Source: Deinococcus sp.
GTDB taxonomy: Bacteria > Deinococcota > Deinococci > Deinococcales > Deinococcaceae
Reading direction: 5' to 3'
Assembly: GCA_965261005.1 (NCBI GenBank)
Contig: OZ253375.1
Coordinates: 1,568,001-1,632,000 of the forward strand
DNA: 64,000 bases
The first letter of the stretch is position 1. Every line of letters begins with the position of its first letter. The translations under genes and the position numbers were made by a program. This document shows positions 34,428 through 45,402 of the stretch, one piece after another. The notes under the pieces are model-generated. The model was not told the origin of the DNA. It searched no databases and saw nothing but the letters and a program-made list of their open reading frames with translations.

Positions 34428-34460
34428 AAACCTTAACACACGACCGATGTGTTAAGGTTT
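34428..34460. promoter_or_regulatory. TA operator inverted repeat overlapping the promoter
   Basis: Perfect 13-bp IR AAACCTTAACACA-N7-TGTGTTAAGGTTT immediately before the antitoxin ATG. Confidence 0.8.
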
Positions 34461-34590
34461 CGACGTTCGGTCCCTCTCAAGCGCCCCTCCAGCGATTCTC
34501 TACACCGGCTTTAGCCAATTGGCACGCTCAGCTCGCCCACGCGCGAAATGCTGCTTCTGTGTGGCGATCCGCCGCCGAAAGGAAGCCGAG

Positions 34591-35487
34591 ATGAGCGACA
34601 ACCAATTTGACAAACAGGACCCGACCAGCCAGTATCCCCAGCCGCCCTTTCCGCGCCAGCCGCAGGACGCGCCCGGCTCGGTTCACGACATGCAGCCGCG
34701 TCCCGACCACGGCGAGACCAGCTACCAAGGTCTCGGGCGCTTGAAGGGACGCAAGGCCCTGATCACCGGCGGCGACAGCGGCATCGGGCGGGCCACCGCC
34801 ATCGCCTACGCGCGTGAGGGGGCCGACGTGGCGATCAACTATCTGCCCGCCGAGGAAGAGGACGCGCAGGAAGTCGTGCGGCTGATCGAGGAAGCGGGGC
34901 GCAAGGCGGTCGCGCTGCCGGGGGACATCACCGACGAGGGATTTTGCCGGCAGTTGGTGGAGAACGCCGTGCGGGAACTCGGCGGGCTGGACATTCTGGT
35001 GAACAACGCCGGCAAGCAGACCGCACAGGACAGCATCGCGGACATCACGACCGAGCAGTTCGACGCCACCTTCAAGACCAACGTCTACGCGATGTTCTGG
35101 ATCACCAAGGCGGCGCTGCCGCACATGGAGGCGGGCGCGACCATTATCAACACCTCCTCCATTCAGTCGTCGCAGCCCTCGCCCAGCCTGCTCGACTACG
35201 CGCCCACCAAGGCGGCCATCGTGGCCTTTACCGAGGCGCTGGCGCAGCAGGTGGCCGAGAAGGGCATTCGCGTGAACGCCGTGGCGCCCGGCCCTTACTG
35301 GACGCCACTTCAGCCCAGCGGCGGCCAGCCGCAGGACAAGATCGAGAAGTTCGGCAAGGAGACCCCCATGGGCCGCCCCGGCCAGCCGGCCGAGATCGCG
35401 CCGCTGTACGTCTTTTTGGCGTCGCAAGAATCGAGCTACAGCACCGGCGGCGTCTTTGGCAGCACCGGCGGGCTGGTGCTCTCTTAA
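34591..35487 (+). CDS. SDR oxidoreductase (YghA/general stress type)
   Basis: [39 protein letters not shown]. Confidence 0.93.
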   Translation: MSDNQFDKQDPTSQYPQPPFPRQPQDAPGSVHDMQPRPDHGETSYQGLGRLKGRKALITGGDSGIGRATAIAYAREGADVAINYLPAEEEDAQEVVRLIEEAGRKAVALPGDITDEGFCRQLVENAVRELGGLDILVNNAGKQTAQDSIADITTEQFDATFKTNVYAMFWITKAALPHMEAGATIINTSSIQSSQPSPSLLDYAPTKAAIVAFTEALAQQVAEKGIRVNAVAPGPYWTPLQPSGGQPQDKIEKFGKETPMGRPGQPAEIAPLYVFLASQESSYSTGGVFGSTGGLVLS

Positions 35488-35554
35488 AAAACTGGTGCTT
35501 TTTTAAAGAATGAACGGCGTGCGGGGAGGCGTCCCGGTTGACCCACGGGACGCC

Positions 35555-36553
35555 TTACTCTTCGCTTAACGCGCCCACCCACAGAAACGCGCCCACGTCC
35601 TCACGACCGCCCCGCTCGGCGCTGCGCCGGGCCGCCGCGTTGTCGTGGTGAATGGTGCCGCAGAGCGCGTCCCCCACCTCCGCCGGCAAGCGCTCGATCA
35701 GGTGGCGGCCCACCGCCGGCCCCCAGCCCCGGCCCCTATGTGCGCCGTCCAGAAACATCTCGACCACCACGAAGCCGCGCAGGCCCTCCTTTTCCGAGCG
35801 CGTCGCGGCCACCACGCCCGCCGGGGCGCCGTCCACGCGCACCTCGAACAGCAGACCCTCGTGCCGGTACTCGGCCAGGTCATCTTTGCTTTCGATGCGC
35901 GCGAAGTCGCGGTGTTCGGGGTGGGACTCGAAGAGCGTTTCATACTCGCGGGCGTAGCGCGGGTAAAAGGCCAGGTCCGCCGGCACCTCCAGCGTCACGC
36001 GCTCAAACCGGGGCGGGAAGGGCCGGGCGCGCAGCTCGGCAAGAGGCGCGGCGAGAAGGTGTACGTCCCAATGCGAGCCGGGCGGTAAGGCTTCCAGCTC
36101 CACGGCGACGCCCGCCGGAACAAAGACCCGCACGTGCTTGGGCGAAAAGGCGGCGTACTGCCCATGCAAAAAGGCCGCCGCCTCGCGCAGCCCCCGCGCG
36201 CCCGGCAGGGACGCCGTGTGGGCCGCGACCGTGACAAAGGGGCGGGCCAAGTCCAGCCCCCGAAAGCGAATGCCGACCAGGGCCGTGCCGAGGCCGGGCA
36301 CGTCCAATACGCGGTTCTTGTAGGCGTCCGCCGAAATCACGCCGGCGACGGGCACGTGCTGATGAAAGAGGGCGGCGAGGTCATCGCTGAACACGCGCTC
36401 AACCTCGCCTGCGAGATCGGCGCGTAACTGGGCACGCAACTCGTCCTGGCTGTACCAGCACTTCAGGTTGGAGGGGGCTTGGCTGAGCTTGGCGCCCGCG
36501 AAGAGGTCGAGCAGGGCGGCCTCATCGGCGGGCTGGGCAGAAGAAAATGGCAC
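35555..36553 (-). CDS. Protein with a C-terminal GNAT-like acetyltransferase domain
   Basis: HRGRGWG acetyl-CoA-binding-like motif and IHHDNAAA. AAGGAG RBS before the GTG. Confidence 0.7.
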   Translation of the reverse strand: MPFSSAQPADEAALLDLFAGAKLSQAPSNLKCWYSQDELRAQLRADLAGEVERVFSDDLAALFHQHVPVAGVISADAYKNRVLDVPGLGTALVGIRFRGLDLARPFVTVAAHTASLPGARGLREAAAFLHGQYAAFSPKHVRVFVPAGVAVELEALPPGSHWDVHLLAAPLAELRARPFPPRFERVTLEVPADLAFYPRYAREYETLFESHPEHRDFARIESKDDLAEYRHEGLLFEVRVDGAPAGVVAATRSEKEGLRGFVVVEMFLDGAHRGRGWGPAVGRHLIERLPAEVGDALCGTIHHDNAAARRSAERGGREDVGAFLWVGALSEE

Positions 36554-36684
36554 GGGTTGCTCCTTGACGGTGAAAAGGGGCGTCGGGTCGGCGAGACATT
36601 GATTGGATGCGGACCATACGACCTCCTTCTCCGCGAGGAAACGCTGTGCGGTGAGGAGAGTTTACAACAGGGCGGGGTGGCTCC

Positions 36685-37098
36685 TCAGCCGAGCGCCCTT
36701 ACGCCTAAATTCTGGTAGAAGCGTAAAACGTACCCGTCCGGGTCGGTCAGGACGAACTGGCGGTTACCGACCTCCTCGCCTCCCCGGCGATACCAACGCT
36801 CCTCCATCGGCAAGAAGATGGGCGCCCCAGCGGCCTGAACGCGGCCGTACAGCGCGTCCACGTCGTCCACCTGAATTTGCAAATTGAGGCCGCGCCCGAA
36901 GGGGTAAGCCGGTACGCCGTGAACCAAGCGAATCTCCGCGTGCGTGAGCATCAGCTCGGCGCCGTTCAGATCGAGGTAGGTGAAGCGCTCCTCGGGACGG
37001 TCGTAGCGCACGGCGAAGCCCAGCACCCCGGTGTAGAAGGTCAGGCTCGCCTCAAATTTGGAGCAGGCCAACTCGGGGACGATTTTGGGTCCGGTTAT
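36685..37098 (-). CDS. VOC/glyoxalase-bleomycin resistance family protein (ATA at the expected start)
   Basis: PKIVPELACSKFEASLTFYTGVLGF...GNRQFVLTDPDGYVLRF. The AGGAG RBS is followed by ATA rather than ATG. Confidence 0.75.
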   Translation of the reverse strand: MTGPKIVPELACSKFEASLTFYTGVLGFAVRYDRPEERFTYLDLNGAELMLTHAEIRLVHGVPAYPFGRGLNLQIQVDDVDALYGRVQAAGAPIFLPMEERWYRRGGEEVGNRQFVLTDPDGYVLRFYQNLGVRALG

Positions 37099-37109
37099 GT
37101 GGTCTTCTC

Positions 37110-37147
37110 CTGTAGGGCTAGCGTAGCAACTCAAGCTAGCCCTACAG
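37110..37147. repeat. GTAG-type REP-like inverted repeat
   Basis: CTGTAGGGCTAGC-N12-GCTAGCCCTACAG, perfect 13-bp arms. Confidence 0.65.
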
Positions 37148-37198
37148 TTGCCAGACCGCCGATAATGTATAGAATTTTGTACAGGATGGGTCGCAACC

Positions 37199-37357
37199 AT
37201 AACTGATACCGAAATCCGCCACGTCACGCCGCCCGGCGCGAACCTCTTCTCGGAGTTGGGCTTCTCACCCGAGGAGGCCGAGCGTCTGAGCGCTGCCCTC
37301 CAAGCAGAAGTAGATCAAGCGCTGGCCCTCAAGCGACAGCTGAAAAGTCGGGGCTGA
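37199..37357 (+). pseudogene. Truncated HigA/XRE-type antitoxin remnant
   Basis: ITDTEIRHVTPPGANLFSELGFSPEEAERL...LKRQLKSRG*. Resembles N-termini of HigA-like XRE antitoxins, has no ATG and stops before the HTH. Confidence 0.65.
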
Positions 37358-37371
37358 TACACTTCTGATCA

Positions 37372-38118
37372 ATGAAGCCCACCGTTCTGATTACCGGCGC
37401 CAGTCGCGGCATTGGCGCAGCCACCGCCATCAAAGCGGCCGAACAGGGATACGCCGTCGTGGTCAACTACCTTCAAGATGAGCTGGCCGCCCACGAAGTA
37501 GTACGCAGAATCCGTGCAACTGACGGTGAAGCCGTTACCGTCCAGGGCAGCGTAACCGAACAGGACGATGTGCGGCGCATGTTCGACGAAGGGCAGCGCC
37601 ACTTTGGGTCGGTTTCCTTTGTGGTCAACAATGCGGGTATCACCGGTCGGCTTGGCCCGTTTTCCGACGCCAGCATGGGCAGCATCCAAACGCTGCTCGA
37701 TGTCAACGTCGTAGGAACCATGCGCTGCTCACAAGAGGCATTGAGGCGATGGCAAGCCGACGGGACGGCCGGAGTGATTGTCAACGTTTCCTCAGGCGCG
37801 GCGAAAACGGGAAGCCCCGGCGAGTACGTCCACTACGCAGCGAGCAAGGCGGCCATAGATGCCTTCACCGCAGGGCTTGGCAAGGAAGTGGCGCCTTTGG
37901 GCATTCGGGTGTGCGGCGTCGCCCCCGGCGTTACCCTCACGGATATTCACGCGGCGGCGGGCGACCCGGACAGACCGCGCCGCATCGCTCCAAAGATTCC
38001 CCTGGGGCGATTGGCCCAACCGCAGGAGATCGCGGAAGCCATCGTGTGGCTGCTCAGCCCGGCAGCGTCTTACCTAACGGCGACGACCATCCAGTGCAGC
38101 GGGGGACTGACTTCCTGA
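37372..38118 (+). CDS. SDR family oxidoreductase
   Basis: TGASRGIG, NNAG, YAASK; lower GC than the host core. Confidence 0.92.
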   Translation: MKPTVLITGASRGIGAATAIKAAEQGYAVVVNYLQDELAAHEVVRRIRATDGEAVTVQGSVTEQDDVRRMFDEGQRHFGSVSFVVNNAGITGRLGPFSDASMGSIQTLLDVNVVGTMRCSQEALRRWQADGTAGVIVNVSSGAAKTGSPGEYVHYAASKAAIDAFTAGLGKEVAPLGIRVCGVAPGVTLTDIHAAAGDPDRPRRIAPKIPLGRLAQPQEIAEAIVWLLSPAASYLTATTIQCSGGLTS

Positions 38119-38189
38119 GCGCTTGACTTCGTACCTCAATACAAACAGAGGGGCGGCAAGCCCACGCCCGCCGCCCCCCTCTCCCCTTC

Positions 38190-40796
<2,607 letters not shown>

Positions 40797-40876
40797 TGCC
40801 TGAAGTATACCGCCCCGAGATTAGGTGTGAGCGCGAGGGACTGAGCTTTGATGAGAGCGGGGTTTGACAAGAAGGG

Positions 40877-41863
40877 CTAGACGGTCGCCAACGGCAAGTA
40901 CGCCACCGCCCCCACGTCGAGCTTGCTCGGTTCCCGTCCCGCCGCAATGGCCGCCGCCCCGGCGAGGGCAATCATGGCGCCGTTGTCGGTGTTGAGGCCC
41001 TTCGGGGGAAAGAAGACCCGCAAGCCGGCCTGCGAAAAAGCTTCGCGCAGGGCCTGGTTCGCCGCCACGCCGCCCGAGACCACCAGCGTTTCCCGGCTGA
41101 GGTGTCGCGCGGCGCGCAGGGTCGTGTTCACCAGCGTTTGCACCGCCACCCTTTGAAAGCTGGCGGCGAGGTCCTCCGGCCGCGCGCCCGCCTTGTGGGC
41201 CAGCAGCGCCGCCGTCTTGAGACCGCTGAAGGAGAAGTCGAAGCCCGCCTGACCGCGCATCGGCTCGGAAAAGGGGACGGCGCCCGGATCGCCGTTCTTC
41301 GCCGCCTCCGCGATGGCGGGGCCGCCGGGAAAGCCCAGGCCCGCGAGGCGCGCCACCTTGTCGAAGGCCTCCCCCGCCGCGTCGTCGCGGGTGGCGCCGA
41401 CCAAGCGGTACTCGCCGGCGTGCGGCACGTCAAAGAGGTGGGTGTGGCCCCCCGACACGACCAGGGCCAGGTAAGGGGGCGTGAGGTCGGTCTGGCTGGC
41501 CGCCGCGTAGATGTGCCCCTCCAGGTGGTGAACGGCATAAAAGGGCTTTTTTAAGCCGACCGCGAGACCCTTGGCGTACATCAGCCCGACCAGCAGCGCG
41601 CCGATGAGGCCGGGGCCGTTCGTCGCGGCGATGGCGTCCACGTCCCGCAAGGTGACGCCGGCCTCCTCCAAGGCGCTCTCCGTCACGCCGTCAATGCGCT
41701 CGACGTGTTCGCGCGAGGCCAGTTCGGGCATCACGCCGCCGTAGCTGGCGTGGATTTGCTGGGTCCAGATCTGGTTGGCGACCACTTGCGCCACACCGTC
41801 TTCCAGCCGCACCAGGCCGACGCCGGTGTCATCGCAGGAGGTGTCAATGCCGAGGATGAGCAT
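40877..41863 (-). CDS. tsaD: tRNA N6-adenosine threonylcarbamoyltransferase
   Basis: LGIDTSCDDT, GGVMPELASREH, HHLEGH, VSGGHT, DDAAGEAFDK, SFSGLKT, TDNGAMIA. Confidence 0.96.
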   Translation of the reverse strand: MLILGIDTSCDDTGVGLVRLEDGVAQVVANQIWTQQIHASYGGVMPELASREHVERIDGVTESALEEAGVTLRDVDAIAATNGPGLIGALLVGLMYAKGLAVGLKKPFYAVHHLEGHIYAAASQTDLTPPYLALVVSGGHTHLFDVPHAGEYRLVGATRDDAAGEAFDKVARLAGLGFPGGPAIAEAAKNGDPGAVPFSEPMRGQAGFDFSFSGLKTAALLAHKAGARPEDLAASFQRVAVQTLVNTTLRAARHLSRETLVVSGGVAANQALREAFSQAGLRVFFPPKGLNTDNGAMIALAGAAAIAAGREPSKLDVGAVAYLPLATV

Positions 41864-41902
41864 GGCGGCAGCATAGCGCGACAACAATGTTAGAATCGGG
41901 CC

Positions 41903-42133
41903 ATGAAGCTTAAAGTGCGTCGCATCGGTAACAGCCGTGGGGTCATTCTGCCCCAGCACGTCGCCGACGCCCTGGGGGACGAGGTCGAGCTGACCATTAT
42001 CGGCTCCACGGCAGTGCTGTCCCACACGGAGGCGCCGGACTCGGAAACGCGAGCGGCGCTGGCCTACGCGAGCGTCAAAAAGAGCCGGGACGGCCTGTTC
42101 CGGCGCCTGGCCTCGCAAGACGAGGAGCGCTGA
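41903..42133 (+). CDS. AbrB/MazE-type antitoxin
   Basis: MKLKVRRIGNSRGVILP, upstream of a doc-type toxin. Confidence 0.85.
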   Translation: MKLKVRRIGNSRGVILPQHVADALGDEVELTIIGSTAVLSHTEAPDSETRAALAYASVKKSRDGLFRRLASQDEER

Positions 42134-42135
42134 GC

Positions 42136-42513
42136 TTGCTCGGCGTTGCGTTCGTTCTGAGCATCCACGCCGATCAGATCGCGGCCTACGGCGGCCTGAC
42201 CGGCGTGCGCGACCTCGCCAGTTTGGAAAGCGCCCTGGCACAGGTGGACTTGGAGGTCTTCAAAGAACAACTGCACCCCGCGCCGGAGTTGAGGGCCGCC
42301 GCCCTGCTCTACCACGTCATCCGCAACCACCCGTTTATAGACGGCAACAAGCGCACCGCCTGGGCCGCCACGGAAGTTCAGCTCTTGCTGGAGGGCTTCG
42401 CGCTCGACCTAGACGATGACGCGATCTACACGCTCGTCAACGAGGTTGCCGCCGGCAAGTACGACAAGGAGCACTTGGCCGGAGTGCTGCTACAAGCCAT
42501 GCGCCCCGCCTAG
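42136..42513 (+). CDS. doc: Death-on-curing (Doc/Fic) toxin
   Basis: YGGLTGVRDLASLESAL and HPFIDGNKRTAW. Confidence 0.9.
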   Translation: MLGVAFVLSIHADQIAAYGGLTGVRDLASLESALAQVDLEVFKEQLHPAPELRAAALLYHVIRNHPFIDGNKRTAWAATEVQLLLEGFALDLDDDAIYTLVNEVAAGKYDKEHLAGVLLQAMRPA

Positions 42514-42649
42514 AGCATTTGTCAGAAGTATTGAGCGTCCTTCTCAATACTTCCCGAGTGGAACGAGTAGCAAGAGGAGGGCATTTGGCAATGGCATGGA
42601 GCGGCGCAGGCGAAGCCGGAGGCGCGCAATAGAATTGCCAGATGCCCTA
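42511..42649. mobile_element. MITE-like small non-coding repeat (Deinococcus SNR-type)
   Basis: Imperfect terminal IR TAGAGCATTTGTCA...TGCCAGATGCCCTA with TA at both ends and internal hairpins. Confidence 0.7.
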
Positions 42650-43465
42650 AGCCGTCTGCAACACGCCCAAATACACCAGCGCCAGCACGACCAGCCCGGC
42701 GATCACACGGTACACCGCAAAGCCCCTAAAGTCGTGACGCGAGATGTAGCGCAACAGCCAGCCCACCGCGAAGAGGGCCGTGACAAAGGCGAACACCAGC
42801 CCCAACACGACGTTCAGGGCGCCCAACTGGCCGAGAATGGCGCGGTTTTTATATAAGGCGTAGAGGGTGGCGATGCCCAGGGTGGGAATCGAGAGGTAAA
42901 AGGAAAAGGCGGTGGCGACGGTGCGGTCCAGGCCCACCAGCAAGCCGCCCACAATGGTCGCCGCCGAGCGCGAGGTGCCGGGGATCAGCGCCAAAATCTG
43001 CGCCAGGCCGATGATCAGGGCCTGCCCCAGCCCCACCGCCCTCAGCTCCTTGGTGCGGGCCGTCCTGGGCGTGGACTCCACGATCCACAACACCACGCCC
43101 CACAGAATCAGCGAGACGGCCACCGTGACGGGGGAAAACAGATAGCGGGTGATCAGGTCGTTGAACAGAAAGCCGACGACGGCCGCCGGAATAAAGGCGA
43201 CGATAATGCCCAGCCACAGCCGCTGGGTGGGCTGGTCGCGCCCGATCACGCGCGCCTGGCCCAGCAAATCGGCGCGGTAGAACCACACCAACGCCAAAAT
43301 CGCGCCCAACTGAATGGCAATGTCAAAGGCGTCTTTGGCCGCCTTGTTGACGCCGGGGCGCAACAGCGCGTCCGCCACGATCAGGTGCCCGGTGGACGAG
43401 ACCGGTAGGAATTCGGTGACGCCCTCGATGATGCCGAGGATGATGGAGGCGAGCCAATCGGTCAT
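42647..43465 (-). CDS. uppP: Undecaprenyl-diphosphate phosphatase
   Basis: GIIEGVTEFLPVSSTGHL, IQLGAILA, LIPGTSRSAATI, FSFYLSIP. Confidence 0.96.
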   Translation of the reverse strand: MTDWLASIILGIIEGVTEFLPVSSTGHLIVADALLRPGVNKAAKDAFDIAIQLGAILALVWFYRADLLGQARVIGRDQPTQRLWLGIIVAFIPAAVVGFLFNDLITRYLFSPVTVAVSLILWGVVLWIVESTPRTARTKELRAVGLGQALIIGLAQILALIPGTSRSAATIVGGLLVGLDRTVATAFSFYLSIPTLGIATLYALYKNRAILGQLGALNVVLGLVFAFVTALFAVGWLLRYISRHDFRGFAVYRVIAGLVVLALVYLGVLQTA

Positions 43466-43512
43466 GAGGCCAAGCCTACTTGAAAAAGTGAAGCCCAGAA
43501 CAAAACTCGGGC

Positions 43513-44208
43513 TTAGGTCAGGCGCCCCAGCCACTCCACCAGGAGCGTCCGTTCCGCCTCGCTGAAGGGGGCGTCCAGGTCAGGCAGCAGGGCGGTCAGC
43601 GAGACGGCGTGAACCGCCGCCTGCCGCCCGGCGGCGCGCTCCGTCCCCGCTTCGGGCGTCAAGATCGCGCTCAGCACGGCCTCGCGCATCAAATCCGAGA
43701 GCCGGTCGTTCCTCACCTGAGCGCCCAGCAGGCTCAGCGTCGTCCCCACGGCCGCCGCGTGGACCATGGCGGCGGCGCGGTCCACGCTCACCACCAGCCG
43801 CCCGGCCTCCGCCACGCGCTGAATCAAGGCGCGCAGGAGGGCGGCGGCCTCCGAGGCGGCGGGCGAGGCCGGACCCAACCTGGGCGCGCCGTACATCAGC
43901 GTGTACAAGTGCGGGTGGGTCAAACCGAATTCCACGTGCAGGTTCCAGCCCCCGCGCAGTTCTTCCACCGGATCGCTCAGGCTGGCCCGCGCCACCTTGG
44001 CCCCGAGGTAGGCCGTGAAGCCGGCGCTCGCGGCCGCATTCAGCAGGCCCGACATGTCGCCGAAATGGCGGTAGATCGTCGGCGGCTGCACGTCGGCGGC
44101 GGCGCTCACCGCGCGGGTGGAGACAGCCTCCAAGCCTCCTGTTTCGAGCAGCGTGAGGGCCGCCTGAAGAATTCGGTCGCGGGGAGATGGGGGGGAAGCC
44201 ACGGTCAC
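43513..44208 (-). CDS. TetR/AcrR family regulator
   Basis: RDRILQAALTLL..VSTRAVSAAADVQPPTIYRHFGD. GTG 44208 is inferred from a TATCAT box upstream. Confidence 0.9.
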   Translation of the reverse strand: MTVASPPSPRDRILQAALTLLETGGLEAVSTRAVSAAADVQPPTIYRHFGDMSGLLNAAASAGFTAYLGAKVARASLSDPVEELRGGWNLHVEFGLTHPHLYTLMYGAPRLGPASPAASEAAALLRALIQRVAEAGRLVVSVDRAAAMVHAAAVGTTLSLLGAQVRNDRLSDLMREAVLSAILTPEAGTERAAGRQAAVHAVSLTALLPDLDAPFSEAERTLLVEWLGRLT

Positions 44209-44330
44209 AACCAATGATAACACCAATAAGTTAGCACCTTGATATTGCGTTGATATGTCGTTAGTGTTACCAGTGCAAACAAATTCGCTCGGCGGGTTCT
44301 CCGCGATCAGCTTGAAAAAGGAGCCGGACC

Positions 44331-45194
44331 ATGATCATCGTCACCGGAGCGAGCGGCAAACTTGGGCGGGCCACCGTGGAGCAGTTGCTGAAACGGCTGC
44401 CCGCCGAGCAAATCGGGGTGAGCGTCCGCGACCCGGACAAGGCGCGCGACCTCGGGCAGCGGGGCGTCCGGGTCCGCCGGGGCGACTTCAATGACGCCGC
44501 CAGCCTTGCCCACGCCTTCGAGGGGGCGTCACGGGTCCTGATCGTCTCGTCCAACACGGGCGGCGACGGGACGGTCCGCCAGCACCAAGCGGCGATCGAC
44601 GCGGCGGGGGCTGCCGGTGCCGGGCGCATCTTTTACACCAGCCACGCCGGCGCGGACCTGATCTCGGCCTTTCCCCCCGCGCGCAGCCACGCCGCGACCG
44701 AGGTGGCGCTGCGGGACTCGGGCGTCCCATTCACCTCCTTGCGCAACGGCTTTTACGCGCAGACCGCGACGATGCTGGTCAGCAGCGCCCTCCGGACGGG
44801 CGAGCTGAGGGCGCCACGGGACGGGCCAATCGACTACACCGCGCACCCCGACCTCGCCGGGGCGACGGCCATCGCCCTGACCGACGAGGGTCTTGACGAC
44901 ACCATCCTCACCCTCACCGGCCCCGAGGCTGTCGACGCGGCCGGTTTGGCGGCGATGGCCTCGGAGCTGACGGGCCGCGAGGTCCGCCGGGTCGTCGTCC
45001 CGGACGACGAGTACCGCGCCGGCCTGGTCGCTCAAGGCGTCCCCGGGCCGCAGGCCGAGATGCTGCTGGGCATGTTCGTCGCGGCCCGTCAGGGTACGTT
45101 CACCCGGGTTGACCCGACGCTCGCCCGCCTGATCGGCCGGCCGCCGACGCCCGTGCGAGAGGTCTTGAAGGCCGCGATTTCACCGGCGGGATGA
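44331..45194 (+). CDS. NmrA/YtfG-like NAD(P)H-binding oxidoreductase
   Basis: MIIVTGASGKLG, VRRGDF, YTS, LRNGFY; divergent from the TetR gene. Confidence 0.9.
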   Translation: MIIVTGASGKLGRATVEQLLKRLPAEQIGVSVRDPDKARDLGQRGVRVRRGDFNDAASLAHAFEGASRVLIVSSNTGGDGTVRQHQAAIDAAGAAGAGRIFYTSHAGADLISAFPPARSHAATEVALRDSGVPFTSLRNGFYAQTATMLVSSALRTGELRAPRDGPIDYTAHPDLAGATAIALTDEGLDDTILTLTGPEAVDAAGLAAMASELTGREVRRVVVPDDEYRAGLVAQGVPGPQAEMLLGMFVAARQGTFTRVDPTLARLIGRPPTPVREVLKAAISPAG

Positions 45195-45402
45195 GGCCCC
45201 AATCGCCGTGTGCAACACCGCACATAGACAGTTACTGCCGCCAATCATCTCCGCGACCTTACCGGACTAGAAAAGAGGACAGAACTATGCGCGTGGTGAC
45301 CTAAGCCGCTTCGAAATCCGTATGAAAGCTCTCTTCGACTTGTAAGCACACCGTTCCCCACGAGCAGCGGGCGGCCTCCAGGTGGTTAAATAAGCCGAAC
45401 AC

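Noticed and set aside
44216..44271. Operator in the AT-rich TetR-NmrA gap
   Set aside because: Only a loose 9/11 inverted match and short TTGATAT repeats; too weak to call.
43464..45198. ATGAGGCC on both sides of the TetR-NmrA pair as a target duplication
   Set aside because: Only 8 bp, overlapping start and stop codons, and plausible by chance.
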